Positions 59,845 through 64,000 of a DNA stretch of 64,000 nucleotides are shown here, piece by piece. Both the position numbers and the translations under genes were made by a program. Numbering within the stretch: position 1 is the stretch's first letter; each line of letters starts with the position of its first letter. Origin of the DNA: an uncultured Gammaproteobacteria bacterium (lineage in GTDB: Bacteria; Pseudomonadota; Gammaproteobacteria; Pseudomonadales; JAHEGP01); contig CAWBXV010000002.1 in NCBI GenBank assembly GCA_963792875.1, positions 918,335-982,334 of the forward strand, in the 5' to 3' direction. Under the pieces are notes generated by a model, which saw nothing but the letters and a program-made list of their open reading frames with translations, was not told the origin of the DNA and did not search any database.

Positions 59845-61218
59845 TCAGCCGTCCTCGGGAGGCCTGCGTCGGAGCGTGGCGTTGCCATCGCGCAGCGGCT
59901 GCCTGCCGCCCTCTGCCGCAGGTCGCGACCTGGCCGTCGGCCTTTTCGTCGAGGGCTTCTTGCCGGGCTTGCGGGCGTCGCTCTTGTCGGCGACCCTGCT
60001 GGTCTTTTTCTTCTTGCTGCCGACGGCCTTGCCGGACGCCTTCAGCTTTTTCGGGCCGGTGTAAGCACCCCGCACTGCCTTGATGAAGCGCTTTTCAAAG
60101 CGCTGTTTGAGGTAGCGCTCGATGCTGGACATCAGGTTCCATTCCGCCGGCGTGACCAGCGAGATCGCCAGGCCTTCGGCGCCGGCACGCCCCGTGCGGC
60201 CGATGCGATGCAGGTAGTCATCGCCCTTGCGGGGCATGTCGAAGTTGATGACCAGGTCCATGCCCTCTATATCCAGCCCGCGCGCGGCAACATCGGTGGC
60301 GATCAGCACGTTGATGTGACCCTGATTCAGGCGCGACAGCGCCTGCCGCCGATCCTTCTGGTCCTTTTCGCCGTGCAGTACATAGACCTTGGCCTGGCTC
60401 TGGCCCGCCTGGTGGGCCGTGATCAGGACACCGCCGAGACGATCGGCGTGCTCCCGGGTGTTGGTGAACACCATCGCCTTGGCGTAGGTCTCGTGCGCCA
60501 GCAGCCACAGCAGGATTTTTTCCTTGTGCGCTGCGTCATCGGCCGTGATGATCTGTTGCCGCGTAGTGGCGCTGAGCTCGCCGGCCGCATGCACGCGCAG
60601 CCGCTGCGGTTCGCGCAGGATGCGGCCTACCAGATCGTGCAGGGCGCCGCCACCGGCGGTAGCGGAGAACAGCAGGGTCTGGCGCTGGGCGCTGCAGGCA
60701 TCGACCAGCGCCAGCACATCGTCACTGAAACCCATGTCGAGCATGCGGTCGGCTTCGTCCAGAATCAGCACTTCCAGGTCGACCAGTTCGAGGTGCCCGG
60801 CCTTGCGCTGCTCCAGCAGGCGCCCGGGCGTGCCGATCACGATCTCGGGATTCCTGCGCAAGGCGGCGGCCTGCTTCTTGAAATCCTCACCACCGGTGAC
60901 GAGCGTGGCCTTGATAAAGGTGAACTGCGCGAGCAGCTCGACCTGCTGCAAGGTCTGCAGTGCCAGCTCCCGCGTCGGCAGCAGGATCAGCACCCGCGTC
61001 GCCGTGCGTGCCCGCGATTCCTGCAGCAGCCGATGCAGCGTCGGCAGCACGAAGGCAGCAGTCTTGCCGCTGCCGGTCTGCGCGGTGACATGCAGGTCGC
61101 TGCCGGCCAGCGCCGGCGGGATGGCGGCCTGCTGGACGGCGGTCGGCTCGGCAAATCCGAGCGTCGCGACCGCCTTCAGCAGGCGCTCGTGCAGGGAGAG
61201 TGCGGCGAACGCGGTCAT
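59845..61218 (-). CDS. rhlE: DEAD-box ATP-dependent RNA helicase (RhlE-like)
   Basis: Q-motif region, AQTGSGKT, DEAD (LILDEADRM), SAT and HRIGRTGRAG motifs are present, with a Lys/Arg-rich C-terminal tail. Confidence 0.92.
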   Translation of the reverse strand: MTAFAALSLHERLLKAVATLGFAEPTAVQQAAIPPALAGSDLHVTAQTGSGKTAAFVLPTLHRLLQESRARTATRVLILLPTRELALQTLQQVELLAQFTFIKATLVTGGEDFKKQAAALRRNPEIVIGTPGRLLEQRKAGHLELVDLEVLILDEADRMLDMGFSDDVLALVDACSAQRQTLLFSATAGGGALHDLVGRILREPQRLRVHAAGELSATTRQQIITADDAAHKEKILLWLLAHETYAKAMVFTNTREHADRLGGVLITAHQAGQSQAKVYVLHGEKDQKDRRQALSRLNQGHINVLIATDVAARGLDIEGMDLVINFDMPRKGDDYLHRIGRTGRAGAEGLAISLVTPAEWNLMSSIERYLKQRFEKRFIKAVRGAYTGPKKLKASGKAVGSKKKKTSRVADKSDARKPGKKPSTKRPTARSRPAAEGGRQPLRDGNATLRRRPPEDG

Positions 61219-61682
61219 CGGGGCTGCACGATGGCTTCAAGGGTGGGTTCATCGCCCGCGAAGGTCGTGCCGGTGATGCTGAAGTCGTCCAGCTCCATCA
61301 CCGTGACCTTTCCCGGCTCGCGCGGCCAGTCGGCAACGAGCTTGCCGGTCGCGTCCAGCCAGATGCGGTAGCTGCGCTTTTTCATCGCCGGCAGCGCCAT
61401 CATGCTGCGGATCATCGACGGCATGCCGCTGATATCGGTAATCGCCACCGCGTGCTGCGCATCCAGTACGGCCTGGCCCCGGTCGCCCAGCGCAGCCTTG
61501 AGCAACTTGCCGCCGTCCATGTCGTGGGTGAAATAGATGCGCCTGGTGCCGGCCGCCAGCGTATGCTCATGGCCGAACTGGTCCTGCAGGCGGACGGGCC
61601 CCACCACCTGCCCCGCCCACGATGCCGTCATGCCGACTCCGGCAGCGGTCGCGAGCAGGCTCGTCAGCAGCGATTTTCTCAT
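61215..61682 (-). CDS. hypothetical periplasmic protein (155 aa)
   Basis: The internal ATG at 61682 gives the signal peptide MRKSLLTSLLATAAGVGMTASWA. The stop overlaps the helicase start by 4 bp. I recognise no family confidently. Confidence 0.55.
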   Translation of the reverse strand: MRKSLLTSLLATAAGVGMTASWAGQVVGPVRLQDQFGHEHTLAAGTRRIYFTHDMDGGKLLKAALGDRGQAVLDAQHAVAITDISGMPSMIRSMMALPAMKKRSYRIWLDATGKLVADWPREPGKVTVMELDDFSITGTTFAGDEPTLEAIVQPR

Positions 61683-62018
61683 AGTGTTCTCCAAGCTTGC
61701 ATGCCGCCGCGCCGCCCTTGTCATCGAGCACCTCGCTGCCGCAGTTCAGTGCGGTGGTCGCTGCCCGGTGCGCGACCCTGCCCCTGAGCGCCCAACCATC
61801 GTTGCGTCCGGCGATGACACTGCACGGGTCAGCAGGCGCGCCCGCATGCCCGGTAGGTTTGCCGGAGCGGGTTCGTCAGCCCGCTGCGGCGCGAAAAAGG
61901 GGCACAGTATAATCAATTCCTGCTCAAGGTCCTCTGGCTGCGGCCTCGACATCGATGTTCGCGGTCGTTCGCCAGCATTATCCATGGCCGGTGCCATCGG
62001 CCACCGGGGCTGGCAGAA

Positions 62019-62471
62019 TCATTGTCTGAGCCGGGGTTCGGGGGCGAAATTGAACTCATAGATGCGCGCGGGCTCCTTTTCCCAGTCGCCGGCCTCGCCC
62101 CAGCGGGCCAGCGTCCCATCCAGAAAATACAGCCAGTAGGTCCGCTTGTCAGGGGCAAACGTCGCGGCGCCCATGCCCAGGGTGATGATGGTCAACGCCG
62201 TCTTGCCGGCGATTTCCCCGCTGGAATCGTCGTTGGGCAGTGCGAACAGGTACTCCCATACCTCGATCTGCTGCGCGTACCGGTTGGTGATGGCACCCCT
62301 CACCACGCGGGGTTCTCCGAGCGCCGCTACGACGGCGTTCCTGGACATGCCGATAGTCAGCTGCCTCAACTGAGCGGATGGCGGCGTGGGCGTCGATGCG
62401 CAGCCGCTGGTGAACAGCAGCAGCGAAGTCAGGACGGCATACCCCGGAAGCGATCGTTGTAACCTTGCCAT
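62019..62471 (-). CDS. lipoprotein with an SmpA/OmlA (BamE)-like segment
   Basis: From ATG 62471 the product begins MARLQRSLPGYAVLTSLLLFTSGC (lipobox). It is followed by LTIGMSRNAVVAALGEP, which resembles the BamE-fold motif. Confidence 0.6.
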   Translation of the reverse strand: MARLQRSLPGYAVLTSLLLFTSGCASTPTPPSAQLRQLTIGMSRNAVVAALGEPRVVRGAITNRYAQQIEVWEYLFALPNDDSSGEIAGKTALTIITLGMGAATFAPDKRTYWLYFLDGTLARWGEAGDWEKEPARIYEFNFAPEPRLRQ

Positions 62472-62627
62472 GCTTGCGCCCATCACTGTCCTTGTGCTCG
62501 TTGATTCAGGGAGCTTAAACGCCTGCTGCCGCAATAGCCACTGGGCCGTGCCGGTGAAGCTCGCGCCGGTGCTTCACTTTCGGCCGGGCGCCGGCAGATG
62601 GCGCCTGCGCGGATGGTGGCGCTGCCG

Positions 62628-63374
62628 CTAGCGCCCCGACAGGAATCGCAGGCGCTGGAACGCGGGTTCCGGCAGCCAGCGCACCACCCACATCACCGGT
62701 CCCCAGAATCCCGGGACGTAGCGGCTGTAGCGGCGCGATTGCAGCGTATCGACGATGATCCGGGCCGCTCGCGCCGGCGTCGAAAACGAGAAGTCCTTGT
62801 CGTGGCTGTGGGTCATGGGAGAGTCCACGGGGCCCATCTTGAAGGTGTAGACCTCCACGCCGCTGCGCCACAGCCGCGAGCGCAAGCCCTGCAGGTAGAG
62901 GGTCAGCGCGCCCTTGGCCGCGCCGTAGGTATAGTTGCGCGGCCTGCCGCGCTCGCCGGCGACGGAGCTGATGACCGCGATCTTGCCGCGCCTGCGGCAC
63001 TCCATGAGCCGCGATACCGCGATCAGCTGCGCCACGACTGTGGTGAAGTTGGTCTCGATCACCGCTTCTGCCAGCGCGAAGTCCGCCTCGGTGGGCGCCT
63101 GAGGTCCGAGCAGCCCATGGGCGATGAGCACGATGTCCAGGCCGTCGGCGGCCTCCCAGGCCCGGGCGATGAACTGCTGGGTCGCGGCGATATCACGGAA
63201 GTCGGCGCAGGCGCACCAGGCGCCGGCCTGGCCGACGTCGAGCAGCGTCTGCTGCAGCTTGCCGGCGTCCCTGGCCAGGAAGTAGAGCGTATTGGCGGGG
63301 GCGAGCAACCGGGCGACCGCCCTTGCGACCGCTGAGTTGGCGCCGATGATCAGGATCTTCTGCTGCTCGAGCAT
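62628..63374 (-). CDS. short-chain dehydrogenase/reductase (SDR)
   Basis: From ATG 63374 the product carries KILIIGANSAVARAVA (Rossmann motif), the catalytic YGAAK (YxxxK) and SSVAG. Confidence 0.85.
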   Translation of the reverse strand: MLEQQKILIIGANSAVARAVARLLAPANTLYFLARDAGKLQQTLLDVGQAGAWCACADFRDIAATQQFIARAWEAADGLDIVLIAHGLLGPQAPTEADFALAEAVIETNFTTVVAQLIAVSRLMECRRRGKIAVISSVAGERGRPRNYTYGAAKGALTLYLQGLRSRLWRSGVEVYTFKMGPVDSPMTHSHDKDFSFSTPARAARIIVDTLQSRRYSRYVPGFWGPVMWVVRWLPEPAFQRLRFLSGR

Positions 63375-63596
63375 GCCTTGCTGCCTCTTGCGCCTGCGTC
63401 GCGTGGTCGCCGTGCCGGGGCACGATCGTGCCAGCCGACAATGGTAGCAGGGTCCGGGCCCGATGGCGGCGCTTTGAGCGGTCATCGCGGCTGAGGGTGG
63501 CTCCCCCGGGCATGGCACAGAATGTTGAAATGTGCATAATCAGTGCTTGCTGGGGCCAGGGGCCGCCAGGTCACAGCGTCGAGAAGGGAGCGCACG

Positions 63597-64000
63597 ATGC
63601 AGAGATTGCAGCAACTGACCCGTTACGCGGACTGGCTGGCGCCACTGCACGAGATTGCCATGGAGCAGGCCGGCCTGAGCGATTTTGGTGAGGATGACAG
63701 CTATCTGACCGGGCTGAGGCTCATCCTCGAGGCGCTCGATGAAGACTGCGACCTCAACGAGGCCGGTCGTTTCGCCGTGCCGTTCAAGCTGGTGCACTGC
63801 CTCAAGCAGCGCCTGCTGGCGGAGCAGGCTTTCAAGGAGCGGCCGGAGCTGCTGGAGCGACCCATCGAGCAGCCGCTGGTCATCACCGGACTGGTGCGCA
63901 CCGGCAGCACGGCGCTGCACTACCTGATGGCGCGTGACCCCAACCGCCAGCATCTCGAGTACTGGCTGGCCGAGCACCCCATGCCCCGCCCGCCCGCGCA
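63597..64000 (+). CDS. sulfotransferase family protein, N-terminal fragment (runs off the window end)
   Basis: ATG at 63597 is preceded by GAAGGGAG. The frame stays open to base 64000. ITGLVRTGSTALHYLM resembles the PAPS-binding 5'-PSB loop of Sulfotransfer_3 proteins. Confidence 0.65.
   Translation, partial: MQRLQQLTRYADWLAPLHEIAMEQAGLSDFGEDDSYLTGLRLILEALDEDCDLNEAGRFAVPFKLVHCLKQRLLAEQAFKERPELLERPIEQPLVITGLVRTGSTALHYLMARDPNRQHLEYWLAEHPMPRPPA

Overview
High-GC (roughly 65%) gammaproteobacterium-like chromosomal segment, densely coding with about 55 genes. The left end follows the Pseudomonas-type core synteny: ctaB, SCO1, thrB, polA, engB, cytochromes c5 and c4, dsbA and an EEP phosphoesterase. 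Next come an orphan ExeA-GspB pair with a convergent TraF-like outer-membrane protein. A ~10-kb minus-strand leucine/isovalerate catabolic operon follows (liuA-B-C-D-E plus acetoacetyl-CoA synthetase and an aldehyde dehydrogenase). After that are an OMP / secreted-protein / ABC-2 exporter cluster, gabD, an MBL hydrolase, a large acyl-CoA dehydrogenase, a DUF47-PiT phosphate transporter pair, gcvT-gcvP with no gcvH, an aldo-keto reductase and a DUF3617 protein. A 1.4-kb poorly coding spacer precedes an 8.6-kb cyclic beta-1,2-glucan synthase gene. The right end holds hemolysin III, an HExxH protein coupled to a 916-aa secreted PHP-domain protein, gltS plus a TAXI lipoprotein, small secreted and membrane proteins, a DEAD-box helicase operon, an SDR and a truncated sulfotransferase. 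I recognised no tRNA, rRNA, CRISPR array, transposase or integrase. I did not find a clear novel multi-gene system; nothing resembles a defence island. The most unusual signals are non-coding. (1) Six tandem 13-nt repeats at 41913-41990 read UUCAGGGAG on the minus strand, which resembles a Csr/Rsm sponge RNA. They sit in a spacer that also holds two unlisted mini-ORFs and a perfect 22-bp duplication next to the glucan-synthase ribosome-binding site. (2) A Spot42/ErsA-like sRNA candidate lies in the polA-engB spacer. (3) An unassigned 1-kb gap lies upstream of exeA. Many very long ORFs in the track are antisense artefacts of high GC. All functional calls rest on motif and family recognition by eye, not on searches.
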